Positions 47,042-57,185 of a DNA stretch of 64,000 nucleotides are shown here, in pieces. The translations under genes were made by a program, and so were the position numbers. The DNA lies in contig CAWFHP010000020.1 in the NCBI GenBank assembly GCA_963815675.1, positions 143,430-207,429 of the forward strand, given 5' to 3'. This stretch comes from an uncultured Acidobacteriota bacterium (lineage in GTDB: Bacteria; Acidobacteriota; Vicinamibacteria; Marinacidobacterales; SMYC01). The notes below the pieces were generated by a model that saw only the letters and a program-made list of their open reading frames with translations, made no database searches and was not told the DNA's origin. Within the stretch, counting starts at the first letter, position 1; the number at the start of each line of letters is the position of its first letter.

Positions 47042-48694
47042 GCGAAACGACACCCCGGTCGGCGGCTTTTCGCGACGGCGCCCGCGCCGCCGTCAGGTCC
47101 GCGCTCGAGGCGGCGTCGTCGTGGTGGCGGGAGCCCGCGCGGGTTCGAGATCGTCTCGAAGCCCTCTGGGATCACGTCCGGCGCGATCCCCGGCGGGGTA
47201 TCGTACCCGGGCTCGGTCTCGTCGCCGTCGTCCTCGTTCTAGGAAACCTCGTCTCGTCGCGCTCGAATGATCGATCGCTCGTGGGAGCAGTGCAGCAAGG
47301 ACCCTTCGAGGTCAAGATTCGTGGAATCGGGAACGCTCCAGGCGCTCCGTTCCGTCACCTACTCCTCCACCATCCCGGGAAGCCAGGCGAAGATTCTCGA
47401 GCTCGTTCCGGAAGGAACCCACGTCGAGGTCGGCGACTCGCTGGTGAAGTTCGACCGGCAACCCTTTGCCGAGGAGCTGGAGCGATCGAAAGCCCAGCTC
47501 GCCCAGGCGGAGGCGGAGCTGGTGAAGGCGGAGCAGGAAGTGAAGCTCCTCCAGATCTCGTCGAAAGAAGATCTGACCGCGTCGCAGGACAAGGTGCGTC
47601 TCGCCGAGCTCGAGGTCCAGACGGTCGCCGAAGGCAAGGGCAAGGTCGCCGAAGCGGAGTCGGCCGCTCAGCTCGCCCAGGCGAAGCGCGAACTGGAGAA
47701 GGCCGAGTCCAATTACGAGGACCTGAAGCCGCTCCTCGCGGAAGGATTCATCACCAAGCTGGAGCTCGACCGAGCGAGTCAAGCGGTTGAGAAGGCGAAG
47801 GAAGATCTCGATCTTCTCGAGATCAAGCACCATACCTACATGGACTACACGAGGCCCGCCGAGATTGAGAGCTCGCAGGCGGCTCTCGCCACCAACAAGG
47901 AAGCTCTCAGGCAGACGGAACGGGCGGGCACGTATCGGCTCTCGCAGGCGGAGGCCGCCCTGAAGCTCGCTCAGAGCAAGCACTCCGAGCTCGTCTCCCG
48001 GGTGGAGACCGAGACCCAAAACCTGGACCAGTGCGAGATCCGAGCCACGGTCTCGGGGCTCGTCATCTACAAAGAGGTGTTCTTCGGGAGCGAGAAGCGC
48101 AAAGTCCAGGTAGGCGATCAGGTCTGGCCCAACCAGCCGCTCATCATGCTGCCCGATCTCTCGAAGATGATGGTGGAGACCCAGGTGCGCGAGACCGACA
48201 TCTACAAGGTCGAGAAAAACCAGCAGGTGGTGATCTCGGTCGATGCCTATCCCGAGCTGAAGCTTCGGGGAGAGGTGGATTTCATCGGGACCCTGGCGCA
48301 GGCGGACGACGCCCGGCGGGGAGGAAAATACTTCACCGTGAGCATAATGGTGGAGCGTGCCGACCCGCGTTTGAGGCCGGGGATGTCGGCTCGCGTCGAG
48401 CTCCTCGTCGAACGTCTGGACAACGCCGTTTACGCCCCGCTCGAGGCTGTTTTCGAGCGAGGAGGCAAGCACTATTGCTACCTCGTTCGCGGGGGCTCGA
48501 CCGAGGCGAGAGAAGTCCTCGTCGGCGCGAGCAACGAGAACCACATCGTCATCGAGGCCGGGCTCGAGCCGGGCGATCGCGTTCTGCTCGCCGATCCCAA
48601 GGACGAAGGCCGTCCTCTCGGAGGTGAGAGCGTTCCCGGGTTTCTCGATGTCGTCGCGCCCGGCAACGTGTCTCCGTCCCACGAGGAGCCTTGA
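47038..48694 (+). pseudogene. HlyD/MacA-type periplasmic adaptor (membrane fusion protein); frameshifted near 47318
   Basis: ORF 47038..47790 is sensible up to ...VQQGPFEVKI. After deleting one T of GATTC it continues VESGTLQALRSVTYSSTIPG...ILELVPEGTHVEVGDSLVKFD...coiled coil...beta-barrel, in the frame of ORF 47267..48694. The span is 3n+1 nt. Confidence 0.8.
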
Positions 48695-48749
48695 GCCGCG
48701 GCTGGCCGGGGACGCTTCGACGGGCTCGGGCCGAAACGTGCTCTCTGCG

Positions 48750-49480
48750 ATGAGCGCCCACGATTCGCCAGCGTCGAAGGTCGAGCCGCGGCGTCCGCTC
48801 ATCCAGGCCGTCGACGTCCGGCGGATCTATCATCGCGCGGGCCGTGACCTGGCGGCGCTCGATGGCATCAACCTCACCATCACCCGCGGAAGCTTCGTCG
48901 CCGTCATGGGCCGCTCGGGGTCGGGAAAGTCAACGCTCCTGAACCTGATGGGCTGCCTCGATTTTCCCACTGCCGGGGCGATGCTCCTCGACGGAACCGA
49001 CACCCGCAGCCTCGACGACCAGCGCCGCAGCCGGCTTCGGAACCGGCTCGTCGGGTTCCTGTTTCAGTCCTTCAACCTCATCGGCCAGATGTCGGTCGAA
49101 GAGAACGTGGAGACCGCCCTCCTCTACGGAGACGTGCCCGAGGCGGAGTGGAAGGATCGGATTCGAGCGCCTCCTCTGCCGCCTCGGCCTCCAGGATTCG
49201 GGCCTCCCATCGACCGTCGGAGCTCTCCGGGGGCGAGGCCCAGCGAGCGGCGCTCGCCCGAGCTCTGGTCAACGAGCCCGAACTCCTTCTCGCCGACGAG
49301 CCGACGGGCAACCTCGACTCCCGCACCGGTGAAGAGGTGCTCGAGCTCCTCGAAGAGCTCGTCGCCGAGGGACGCACTCTCGTGCTCGTGACCCACGATT
49401 CGACGGTGGCGAAGCGGGCGCACCGCGTCGTTTCCATCGCCGACGGTCGGGTGGAGAGCGACCGGGAGGTCGCGCGTTGA
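48750..49480 (+). pseudogene. ABC transporter ATP-binding protein (MacB/LolD type); two frameshifts near 49162 and 49197
   Basis: Walker A is [12 protein letters not shown], with the Q-loop FQSF in ORF 48624..49391. The segment [11 protein letters not shown] is in the third frame. [20 protein letters not shown]...[12 protein letters not shown] (signature and Walker B) are in ORF 49148..49480. Deleting one T from each of the two GATTC sites gives ...[32 protein letters not shown].... The span is 3n+2 nt. Confidence 0.85.
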
Positions 49481-50691
49481 GATCCCGGCCGCTGCTGAAG
49501 CTCGCCTGGCGAGGGCTCGCCCTCCACCGGCTCCGCTCCCTCCTCTCCGCTCTCGGGATTGTCTTCGGCGTGAGCGCCGTCATCGCCATGTTGTCTGTGG
49601 GGGAGGGGGCGCGGCGGGAGATCCTCGCCGAGGTCGGGCGTCTGGGTGTCACCCGGGTCACGGTTCGGGCGGGCTCGCTCTCGCGTGAGACGGAGACCGA
49701 AGCGAAAGATCTCCAGTCCCCGGGGCTCTCGCTCGCCGATGCGAGCGCCATCTCCGAAGTTTGTCCGAAGATTGAGAGCCTCGCGCCCCTCCGGCAGAGC
49801 TCGGAGAAGATCGTCCGCGGCGAGCATCGCGTCGAGTCGACCATCGTCGCCACGACGCCCTCGTTCGCGCGAACCGAGGAGCTCACCCTGCGCGACGGGC
49901 GCTTCGTCGCCGACGCCGACGTGAACGATTGAAAGCGCATCGTCGTGCTCGGGCACGACCTCGAAGCGCAGCTGTTCCCCTACGAGAAGGCTCTCGGGGC
50001 CGAGGTCCAGATCGGAGAGGAATGGTTTACCGTGGTGGGGACGCTCCTGCCGCGAGAGCGTGCGCGGCAGGGAGGCCGGCTCTCGGGACGCAACCTGAAT
50101 CGCGTCGCCTTCGTACCCCTCTCCTCGATGTCGTCTCCGGGCGGGCGCGTCGACGAGATCACGATGCGCATCACCGCCGCCGATGCCGTCCCCGACGCCG
50201 CGCGACTCATCGAGAGCGTCGTGTCCCGAAGACATCGGGGTGCGCGCGACTTCGAGCTGGTGGTGCCGCAGGAGCTCATCGCGGGCTACGAGCGCGCCCG
50301 ATTCCAGTTCAACGTCGTCGTGGGCGCGGTCGCGGCGATCTCGCTCCTCGTCGGCGGGATTGGCATCATGAATATCATGCTGGCGAACGTGACCGAGCGC
50401 GTTCGCGAGATCGGGATCCGCCGTTCGCTCGGCGCCAGTCAAAAGGACGTCACCCAGCAGTTTCTCGCCGAGGCGCTGGTCCTGACCACGGTGGGCGGCC
50501 TCGCGGGGATCCTGCTCGGAGCGGTCGCGTCGGTGGGGATCTCCACTTACGCCGGCTGGCCCACGGCCCTCAGCTTCCGCGCTCTCGTTTACGCGCTCGC
50601 GCTCGCGGCCTTCACCGGAATCAGCTGTGGTCTCTACCCGGCGGTCTCCGCCGCCCGCCGCAGCCCGGTGGAATCGCTCCGCCACGAGTAG
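49477..50691 (+). pseudogene. ABC transporter permease (MacB_PCD + FtsX domains); in-frame TGA at 49930-49932
   Basis: ORFs 49477..49932 and 49945..50691 are in the same frame: ...RFVADADVND * KRIVVLGHDLEAQLF.... The N-terminal TM helix and periplasmic domain are in the first ORF. The FtsX 3-TM bundle (GIGIMNIMLANVTERVREIGIRRSLGA) is in the second. Confidence 0.8.
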
Positions 50692-50707
50692 CAAAGAACA
50701 AAACCTA

Positions 50708-50777
50708 ACGCAAAGGCCCGAAGGCGCGAAGGCGCAAAGAAAACCAAATCCTCTTTGCGTCTTGGCGTCTTTGCGTT
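50708..50777. repeat. inverted array of NCGCAAAG octamers (4 forward, 3 reverse) forming a long hairpin between convergent genes; probable bidirectional terminator
   Basis: Forward units at 50708-50739: acgcaaag gcccgaag gcgcgaag gcgcaaag. The loop is aaaaccaaatcc. Reverse units at 50752-50775: tctttgcg tcttggcg tctttgcg. It lies between the stop at 50691 (+) and the stop at 50786 (-). Confidence 0.7.
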
Positions 50778-50785
50778 ACGGGTCT

Positions 50786-51124
50786 TCAGGCGAAGCTTTT
50801 GACGGCGTCGTCCTCGTTGTCGAAGATCTCGAAGATGGGGAGGAGCTTGGTCATGGTGAGGGAGTTGTGGACTCGCTTGGACGGGTTCAGTAGCTTGAGC
50901 TTGCCGCCGAACCGCTCCACCGTTCGATGTCCCGAGACGAGCTCGCCCATGCCCGTCGAATCCATGAAGGTCACGTCGGAGAAGTCCACGAGAATCTGTT
51001 TGCGGTTGGAAGCGAGAAGCGTGTCGATCGCTTCCCGGAACTCCTCGTCGCCCCCTCCACCGGTAAGCTGTCCCGAGAGCACGAGGATGCTCACGCCGTC
51101 TCTCTCGCGGAGGTCGAGCTTCAT
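50786..51124 (-). CDS. STAS-domain anti-sigma-factor antagonist (SpoIIAA-like)
   Basis: 112-aa ORF. ILVLSGQLTGG...ILVDFSDVTFMDSTGMGELV...GGKLKLLNPSKRV fits the anti-anti-sigma pattern, including the phosphorylatable Ser in DST. Confidence 0.75.
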   Translation of the reverse strand: MKLDLRERDGVSILVLSGQLTGGGGDEEFREAIDTLLASNRKQILVDFSDVTFMDSTGMGELVSGHRTVERFGGKLKLLNPSKRVHNSLTMTKLLPIFEIFDNEDDAVKSFA

Positions 51125-51157
51125 ACGAAAACTCCTTGCTTATACACTCTCGCGCGC

Positions 51158-53065
51158 TCAGCCGGTCACGGAGCGAATCGCTTCCCAGTCCACGCGGACG
51201 GGGTAGCGCTCGGTGAGGCTGGCGACGAATGCGTTCCAGACCCTCACGCGCTGTTCGTTGGTGACTTGCTCCCCGAAGGTCGACTTCTGCTTGTCGAACT
51301 CCTCCTGGGAGAAACCCGACTTCTCGTCCACCCGGATGATGACGTAGCCGTTGTCGGCGGGAAGCGGCTGGGAGAACTCACCCACCGGCAGCTCGAACGC
51401 CCTCGCCTGCACCGCGGCCGAGCGGCCCGCTTCCGGAAGCTGGGTCCCGCGGAAGAAGCTCTCGGTGGATTGAAGCTCGATTCCCGCCTTTTCGGGGCCC
51501 TCGGCGACGAGCTTGGCGCGAAGCTCATCCGCCTTCTTCTTCGCCATCTCCATGAGCTTCTGGTCCCGCACCTTGTCGCGGGCTTCGGCCTTCACTTCGT
51601 CGAAGCCCGGAACGCCCGCGGGCCTCTCTTCCAGAACCTGGAGGAAGGCATAGCCGCTCTGGAGTCGAACGGGCTCGGACACTTTGCCGACATCGGTCTC
51701 GAACGCGACCCGGGTGGCGTCGGGGGAATTACCCAGCTGAGGCAGCGCGTCGGACCTTCCGAAAAATCCCGTCTCTTGCGGCACGAGCAACGGGTACTGA
51801 GCCGACAGGGCGTCGACGCTTCCCGAAGCGCGGAGCTTCTCGGAGGCGCTCGCCACCGCCTTTTCCATCTCGTCCTGGGCCTTTTGCTGCGTGATGGTGG
51901 TCCGGATCTCCTCTTTCACCGAATCGAACGGACGGGTGAAAGCGGCTTGATGCCCGGTGACCTTTATGATGTGAAAGCCGTAGGTGGTCCGCACCAGGTC
52001 GCTCACCGCTCCCTCGGGGAGAGAGAAGGCGACTTCTTCGAACTCGGGGACCATCTGGCCGCGGGAGAAGAACCCGAGATCGCCCCCTTTGTCCGCGGAG
52101 GTGTCTTCCGAGTACTTCTTGGCGAGCTCGGCGAAGTCCCCTCCCGCCTTCACCTGCGCGAGCACTTCCTCCGCCTTCTTCCGCACCGCTTCTTCGTTCT
52201 TGTCCGGGCCGGTCTTGAAGAGAATGTGGCTCGCCCTCACCTGTTCCGGAGAGGAGAACTTGTCGCTGTTCTCGTCGTAGTACCGCTTGATCTCCCGGTC
52301 GCTGACGCTCACCGAGGATGTAAAGAGCTGAGGTGTAAGGGTGATGAAGCGGACCTTCCTCTGCACCGGACGTTCGAACGTTTTGGGATTCTCGTCGTAG
52401 AACCGGCGTGCCTCTTCGTCGGGGACCTGGACCTCGTTCTCGAAGTCGGATTTGGCCACGGTCACGTAACCGAGCTTCACCTTCTCGTTGCGCCGGCGAT
52501 ATTCCTCTTCGACGTCGGTCCCGGAAACGACGACGCCGTCGGTCACGAGACTCTGAAGCTTCTGGCGAATGAGGTCCTGTCGGAGCTGCTCCTCGAACTC
52601 CGACGCGCTCAACGAGTATCGCGACAACATGTTCAAGTAGGCTTCGCGACCGATGAACCTTCCCTGGTTCTGGAACTCGGGGAGGTCTAGAATGTACTTG
52701 CTGACTTCCGCATCGGTGACCGTGATTCCCTGGCGCTCGGCCTCTAGAAGCAGGATCTTGTTCTGCACCAGCTGCCGCAGCACCAGATTGTCGAACCCGA
52801 GCTGCTTCATGAGCTCGGGCGAATATTGGCCGCCGAGCTGCTGCCGATAGCGATTCTCCTGCGCATGGTAGCTCTGGAGGAACTCCTGCGAAGAGATGGG
52901 CTTGCCTTCGACCCAGGCCACGTTGCCCGTTCCCGTCGCGCCGCCGTTCGGTGAGAGGAAATCGGGAATATAGAGCAGAATGAAGGCGAGGATGACCACG
53001 CCAAGGAGGAAGGCCCCCACCAGCCAACCCATGCTCTTGCGGTTACGAAAGTACTTCAGCATCAA
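51158..53065 (-). CDS. ppiD: periplasmic chaperone / peptidyl-prolyl isomerase PpiD-like (N-terminal TM anchor, SurA-N-like and parvulin domains)
   Basis: 635-aa ORF. TM helix: WLVGAFLLGVVILAFILLYI. Parvulin core: VRASHILF...GGDLGFFSRGQMVPEFEEVAFSL...TTYGFHIIKV. Confidence 0.75.
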   Translation of the reverse strand: MMLKYFRNRKSMGWLVGAFLLGVVILAFILLYIPDFLSPNGGATGTGNVAWVEGKPISSQEFLQSYHAQENRYRQQLGGQYSPELMKQLGFDNLVLRQLVQNKILLLEAERQGITVTDAEVSKYILDLPEFQNQGRFIGREAYLNMLSRYSLSASEFEEQLRQDLIRQKLQSLVTDGVVVSGTDVEEEYRRRNEKVKLGYVTVAKSDFENEVQVPDEEARRFYDENPKTFERPVQRKVRFITLTPQLFTSSVSVSDREIKRYYDENSDKFSSPEQVRASHILFKTGPDKNEEAVRKKAEEVLAQVKAGGDFAELAKKYSEDTSADKGGDLGFFSRGQMVPEFEEVAFSLPEGAVSDLVRTTYGFHIIKVTGHQAAFTRPFDSVKEEIRTTITQQKAQDEMEKAVASASEKLRASGSVDALSAQYPLLVPQETGFFGRSDALPQLGNSPDATRVAFETDVGKVSEPVRLQSGYAFLQVLEERPAGVPGFDEVKAEARDKVRDQKLMEMAKKKADELRAKLVAEGPEKAGIELQSTESFFRGTQLPEAGRSAAVQARAFELPVGEFSQPLPADNGYVIIRVDEKSGFSQEEFDKQKSTFGEQVTNEQRVRVWNAFVASLTERYPVRVDWEAIRSVTG

Positions 53066-53191
53066 ACACCCTCAGCTCCTCGGATCTCGTCATGCTACTC
53101 GAAGCGTTTCGAGCAATCAAGCTCGCCGCCAGGAGGCATTGCAAGGGTAGGAATTTCTATGCTAAACTTTTTAAAATCAGCTGTGTAGACG

Positions 53192-54458
53192 ATGCCGAGG
53201 CACAATCCGTACCGGACAAATACCGGTATTCACATCGAATGGTTTACCGTCAAGCGGAGCACTATCTACACGCTCATCACTCTGGTTTTCCTCTTCATGG
53301 GCGCCGCGGGCTGGGGCTACTACCAGATATTCGGGCCGAGGCCCGACGATACGAGCGTGAACGCCGCCCCTCCCGAGACGGACAAGAGCGCGCGCTTTCT
53401 CGACCTCGACGGCTCGGTGAAAGTGAGAAAATCCGGCACCTACGAATGGATCAACGCTACCCGCGCGATGGCGCTCAGTCGCGACGACACCATCCGCACG
53501 GTAGGCAACTCGAAGGCGCGGGTGCGGCTCTTCGACGGTACCGAATATCTGGTGAAACCGGATTCGATTCTCGTGATCGAAGAGGCTTCGGAAGACCCCG
53601 AGACCAAAGCACAGCGGTCGAAGGTGAAACTGACCGCGGGGCAGGTGAACCTGAAAACCCCCACCGGAAACGTCGATGGGTCTCGCTCCGATTCTGGCGA
53701 CCCCGACCACCGAGGCAACCTTCGACGAGAACACCACCGCCGACGTCAGCTTCGACACTTCGACGGGGAATTCCGGGTTCACGGTTTTCAGCGGTAAGAC
53801 CGAGCTACGTTCGGGCGACAACAAGGTCACCCTGTCCTCGTCCCAGGCGGTCGACGTGCGCGCGGACAATTCCTTCACCAACATCATCGAGCTGCCGGGG
53901 ATTCCCGCAATCGTCTCTCCCGCGAACCTCTCCGTTATCCCCGTTGCGCCCACGACCGAGTTCCGATGGCGCTCGGTCTCGGGTGCGCGCCGCTACCACG
54001 TTCTGCTCGACCGTTCGCCGTACTTCCGCGATCCGATTCTCGAGAGCACGGTGCCGAACGTTTCCATTCTGCACAAAGGGCTTCCCGCGGGAACCTACTA
54101 CTGGCAGGTGACGGCGATCGACCGGGACAACCGCCAGGGCGCACCGAGCGAGTTCGCGAAGTTCACCGTTTCGTCGCGGGCGGTGGATGCGGGCGCTTCG
54201 CCGGAGCTCACCGTGTTCAAGCCCACCGTCACCCTGGATGGCCTGGTGACCGTGAGAGGCAGGACCGATGCCGGAATCGTGGTGACCGTGGACCGGGGTA
54301 TGGGAGATGACCGGGTCGAGGTCAAAGGCGACGGCACCTTTACCTACTATTTCACCGTTCGAGAGGCCGGCCGTCACGAGGTGACGGTCAAGGCTCGCAA
54401 GCGCGAGGGTGGTGGCGTGACCGAAAAGAAGGTGTACGCCGAGATAGGGACCGACTGA
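53192..54458 (+). pseudogene. membrane-anchored FecR-domain protein with C-terminal Ig/FN3-like domains; frameshifted near 53692
   Basis: ORF 53192..53797 has a TM helix (IYTLITLVFLFMGAAGWGYY) and a FecR-like region (GSVKVRKSGTYEWINATRAMALSRDDTIRTVGNSKARVRLFDGTEYLVKPDSILVI). After ...GSRSD, deleting one T of GATTC continues LATPTTEATFDENTTADVSF... in the frame of ORF 53676..54458. The span is 3n+1 nt. Confidence 0.7.
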
Positions 54459-54460
54459 AT

Positions 54461-56023
54461 GTGAGCGAGCTCCCCATCGCCGAGCAACGACAGGCGGCGC
54501 GCGGTCAGGATGATTCGCCCCGCTCAGACTTGGGGAATGACCGCGGCCGACGGCGTATGCGAGAGACGGTCGAGTCGACCCGCAGACGAAGAACTCAGGT
54601 TCGCGGCACCGGTGCGCGCCGCAAGCGGAGGAGCAAGCTCGGCCTGTTGGCGCAATCCCCGGCGCTCGTCCGCGATTTCGTCGACCTGGGCGCCGCGGAG
54701 GATCTGGAGATCGTTCACCTCGATCCGACCGGGCTTGCCCGCGGGGCGCGCGGTCTGACCGAGCGCTACGACGCCATCATCATCGACGAGCGCGTGAAGC
54801 TCGAGCCCGGGATCACGCGCTGGCTGCGCAAGACGAGCCCCGAAGTTCCTCTCATCTCGTTCGGCGGACCGCCCGAGCCCGGTGCTCGCTCGGTCTACGT
54901 CCTCCACTTGCGAGAGATGCCGGCGCGGGGCTCCCTGCGGCCGCTCGTCGCCGACGCCCGGCGCTACCTTCAGGCGAACCGCAAGGCGGCGAATCTGTCG
55001 CGACGTCTCCGGGAGATTTCACGCCGCCTCCAGGTGCTCGGCGGCATCGTGGCGACCGCGAACTCGATTCTGGAGCCGCGACGCGTGATCAACGTCATCA
55101 TGTCCCAGATCCAGGAGCTCATTCCCTCCGAAGCCTGGTCCATTCTCCTCGTGGACGAGAATACGGGGGAGCTCGCTTTCGAGATGGCCCTGGGCGAGAA
55201 CAGCTCCGACCTGAACGACACCCGGATCAAGCTCGGCGAAGGAGTGGCGGGCTGGGTGGCACAGACTGGCGAGCCTGCGATCGTGAACGACGTCCGGCGC
55301 GACCGGAGGTTTCAGGGCAAGTTCGACCAGCTGACCCGTTTCCAGACCCGTTCGATTCTTTGCGCACCTCTCCTGTCGCGCGGGCGGACGATCGGCGTCG
55401 TCGAGATCATGAACCGGGCTGCGGGAAGCCGATTCACCAAGAAAGACATGAACCTGCTCCTGACCCTGGTCGAACCCGCCGCCATCGCTCTCGAGAACGC
55501 CATCCTCTTCCAGAAGACCGAGCAGCTCGCGGTGACCGACGACCTCACCAAGCTCTACAACTCGCGCTACCTCAACGGCTACCTCGACAGCGCCATATCC
55601 CGTGCGAAGAAGCACTCCGGGAATCTCGCCGTCCTCTTTCTCGACCTGGACGGGTTCAAGTCGATCAACGACCGCCACGGACACTTCTACGGGAGCCGCA
55701 CCCTCCACGAGGTAGGGGGCCTCATTCGCGCCGCGGTGCGCGAGGAGGATGTGGTCAGCCGCTACGGCGGCGACGAGTTCGTCGTTGTTTTGCCGGATAC
55801 CGACGCCGAAGGCGCGCTGGCGGTCGCCGAGCGCGTCCGAGACTCGCTCAAGCGTCATGTCTTTCTTGCCGAGTTCGGTTTCGAGGCTCGACTCTCCGCC
55901 AGCTTCGGAGTGAGTCTTTATCCCGATCACGGTCAGAATCCACAAGATCTTATGCAAAAAGCCGACCAGGCAATGTATAGTGTGAAGGAGCGAGGTAAAG
56001 ACGCCGTTTGCCTGGCGAGCTGA
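54461..56023 (+). CDS. GAF-domain diguanylate cyclase (GGDEF)
   Basis: 520-aa ORF. GAF region: [21 protein letters not shown]...[20 protein letters not shown]...ILCAPL. GGDEF domain: [12 protein letters not shown]...[16 protein letters not shown]...[11 protein letters not shown]. The N-terminal 60 aa are Arg-rich; the start could instead be the ATG at 54557. Confidence 0.8.
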   Translation: MSELPIAEQRQAARGQDDSPRSDLGNDRGRRRMRETVESTRRRRTQVRGTGARRKRRSKLGLLAQSPALVRDFVDLGAAEDLEIVHLDPTGLARGARGLTERYDAIIIDERVKLEPGITRWLRKTSPEVPLISFGGPPEPGARSVYVLHLREMPARGSLRPLVADARRYLQANRKAANLSRRLREISRRLQVLGGIVATANSILEPRRVINVIMSQIQELIPSEAWSILLVDENTGELAFEMALGENSSDLNDTRIKLGEGVAGWVAQTGEPAIVNDVRRDRRFQGKFDQLTRFQTRSILCAPLLSRGRTIGVVEIMNRAAGSRFTKKDMNLLLTLVEPAAIALENAILFQKTEQLAVTDDLTKLYNSRYLNGYLDSAISRAKKHSGNLAVLFLDLDGFKSINDRHGHFYGSRTLHEVGGLIRAAVREEDVVSRYGGDEFVVVLPDTDAEGALAVAERVRDSLKRHVFLAEFGFEARLSASFGVSLYPDHGQNPQDLMQKADQAMYSVKERGKDAVCLAS

Positions 56024-56096
56024 GTTTTCACCCGAATTCACAACCAAATCGAATCAAAAGTTGATTTCGAATTTCACCGACTCGAGCTCGAAACGA

Positions 56097-57122
56097 ATGT
56101 ATCTCCGTTCTGTGTTCAGCCTGTTCTCGAATGAGCTGGCCATCGATCTCGGCACAGCCAACACTCTCGTCTTCGCGAAGGGAAAGGGGATCGTGGTCTC
56201 CGAGCCTTCCATCGTCGCCATCAACGACGCCACCGCCAAGGTCGAGGCGGTCGGAAAAGAGGCGAAGGAGATGCTCGGCCGAACGCCGGGCAACATTACC
56301 GCCATCCGCCCCATGAAGGACGGCGTCATCGCCGACTTCGAGGTGACGGAGAAGATGCTCGCCTACTTCATTCAGAAGGCCCATAACCGCAAGGTCTGGG
56401 TGGCGCCGCGGATCGTAATCGGCATTCCTTCCGAGATCACGCAGGTGGAAAAGCGCGCGGTCAAGGATAGCGCTCTCCGTGCCAAAGCGAGCGAGGTCTT
56501 TCTCGTCGACCAGGCGATGGCTGCCGCCATCGGCGCGGGCCTGCCCGTCACCGAGCCTTCGGGCAACATGGTGGTGGACATCGGGGGCGGTACCACCGAT
56601 ATCGCCGTCATCTCGATGGCGGGCATCGTCTATTCGAGCTCGGTCCGGGTCGCCGGAAACGAGATGGACGAGGCGATCATCAAGTACCTGCGAAAGAAGT
56701 ACAACCTGCTCATCGGGGAGCGCACCGCCGAACAGGTGAAAATCGAAGTCGGTTCGGCCTACCCGCTCGACAAGCCGATGACGATGGAGATCAAGGGACG
56801 CAACCTCATCGAGGGCATCCCCAAGACTCTGGTAATTACCGACGAGGAGATCCGGGAAGCGCTGGAGGAAACGGTCTCGATCCTCGTCAACGCCGTCCGA
56901 GTCGCGCTCGAGCGGACTCCGCCCGAGCTCTCCGCCGACATCGTCGATCGAGGCATCGTTCTGACCGGCGGTGGGGCGCTCCTGAAGAATCTCGATAAGC
57001 GACTTCGTGAGGAGACCGGTCTTCCAGTCTCGATGGGCGAAGATCCGCTCTCGTCGGTCGTCCTCGGCGCCGGACGGATGCTCGAGGACGTCAAGCTTCT
57101 CCGAAAAGTGTGTCTGGTCTGA
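56097..57122 (+). CDS. mreB: rod shape-determining protein MreB
   Basis: [26 protein letters not shown]...[10 protein letters not shown]...[13 protein letters not shown]...VLTGGGALL is a canonical actin-like MreB. The ATG at 56097 lies inside ORF 56061..57122. Confidence 0.95.
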   Translation: MYLRSVFSLFSNELAIDLGTANTLVFAKGKGIVVSEPSIVAINDATAKVEAVGKEAKEMLGRTPGNITAIRPMKDGVIADFEVTEKMLAYFIQKAHNRKVWVAPRIVIGIPSEITQVEKRAVKDSALRAKASEVFLVDQAMAAAIGAGLPVTEPSGNMVVDIGGGTTDIAVISMAGIVYSSSVRVAGNEMDEAIIKYLRKKYNLLIGERTAEQVKIEVGSAYPLDKPMTMEIKGRNLIEGIPKTLVITDEEIREALEETVSILVNAVRVALERTPPELSADIVDRGIVLTGGGALLKNLDKRLREETGLPVSMGEDPLSSVVLGAGRMLEDVKLLRKVCLV

Positions 57123-57185
57123 GCACAAACGAGAACCGGAACCGCTGATCTCTGATCACGACTACTGATCATGGATCGCTGACCA

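Noticed and set aside
49930-49932. TGA recoding (selenocysteine or a reassigned genetic code) in the permease gene
   Set aside because: TGA clearly terminates many other genes in the window, for example the kinase, GH15 and lpxD (reconstructed). No SECIS-like hairpin follows. MacB permeases are not selenoproteins.
282-53694. Programmed ribosomal frameshifting as an explanation for the GATTC-associated frame breaks
   Set aside because: There is no slippery heptamer or downstream structure. The same lesion occurs in 13 unrelated genes, none of which I know to use recoding. One gene needs two shifts 35 nt apart.
54499-54505. GATTC in the N-terminal region of the GAF-GGDEF gene as another hidden frameshift (likewise GATTC at 43633-43637, 47390-47394 and 58560-58564)
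   Set aside because: Deleting the T at these sites gives premature stops or non-protein-like sequence, while the present frames read sensibly. These appear to be natural GATTC pentamers.
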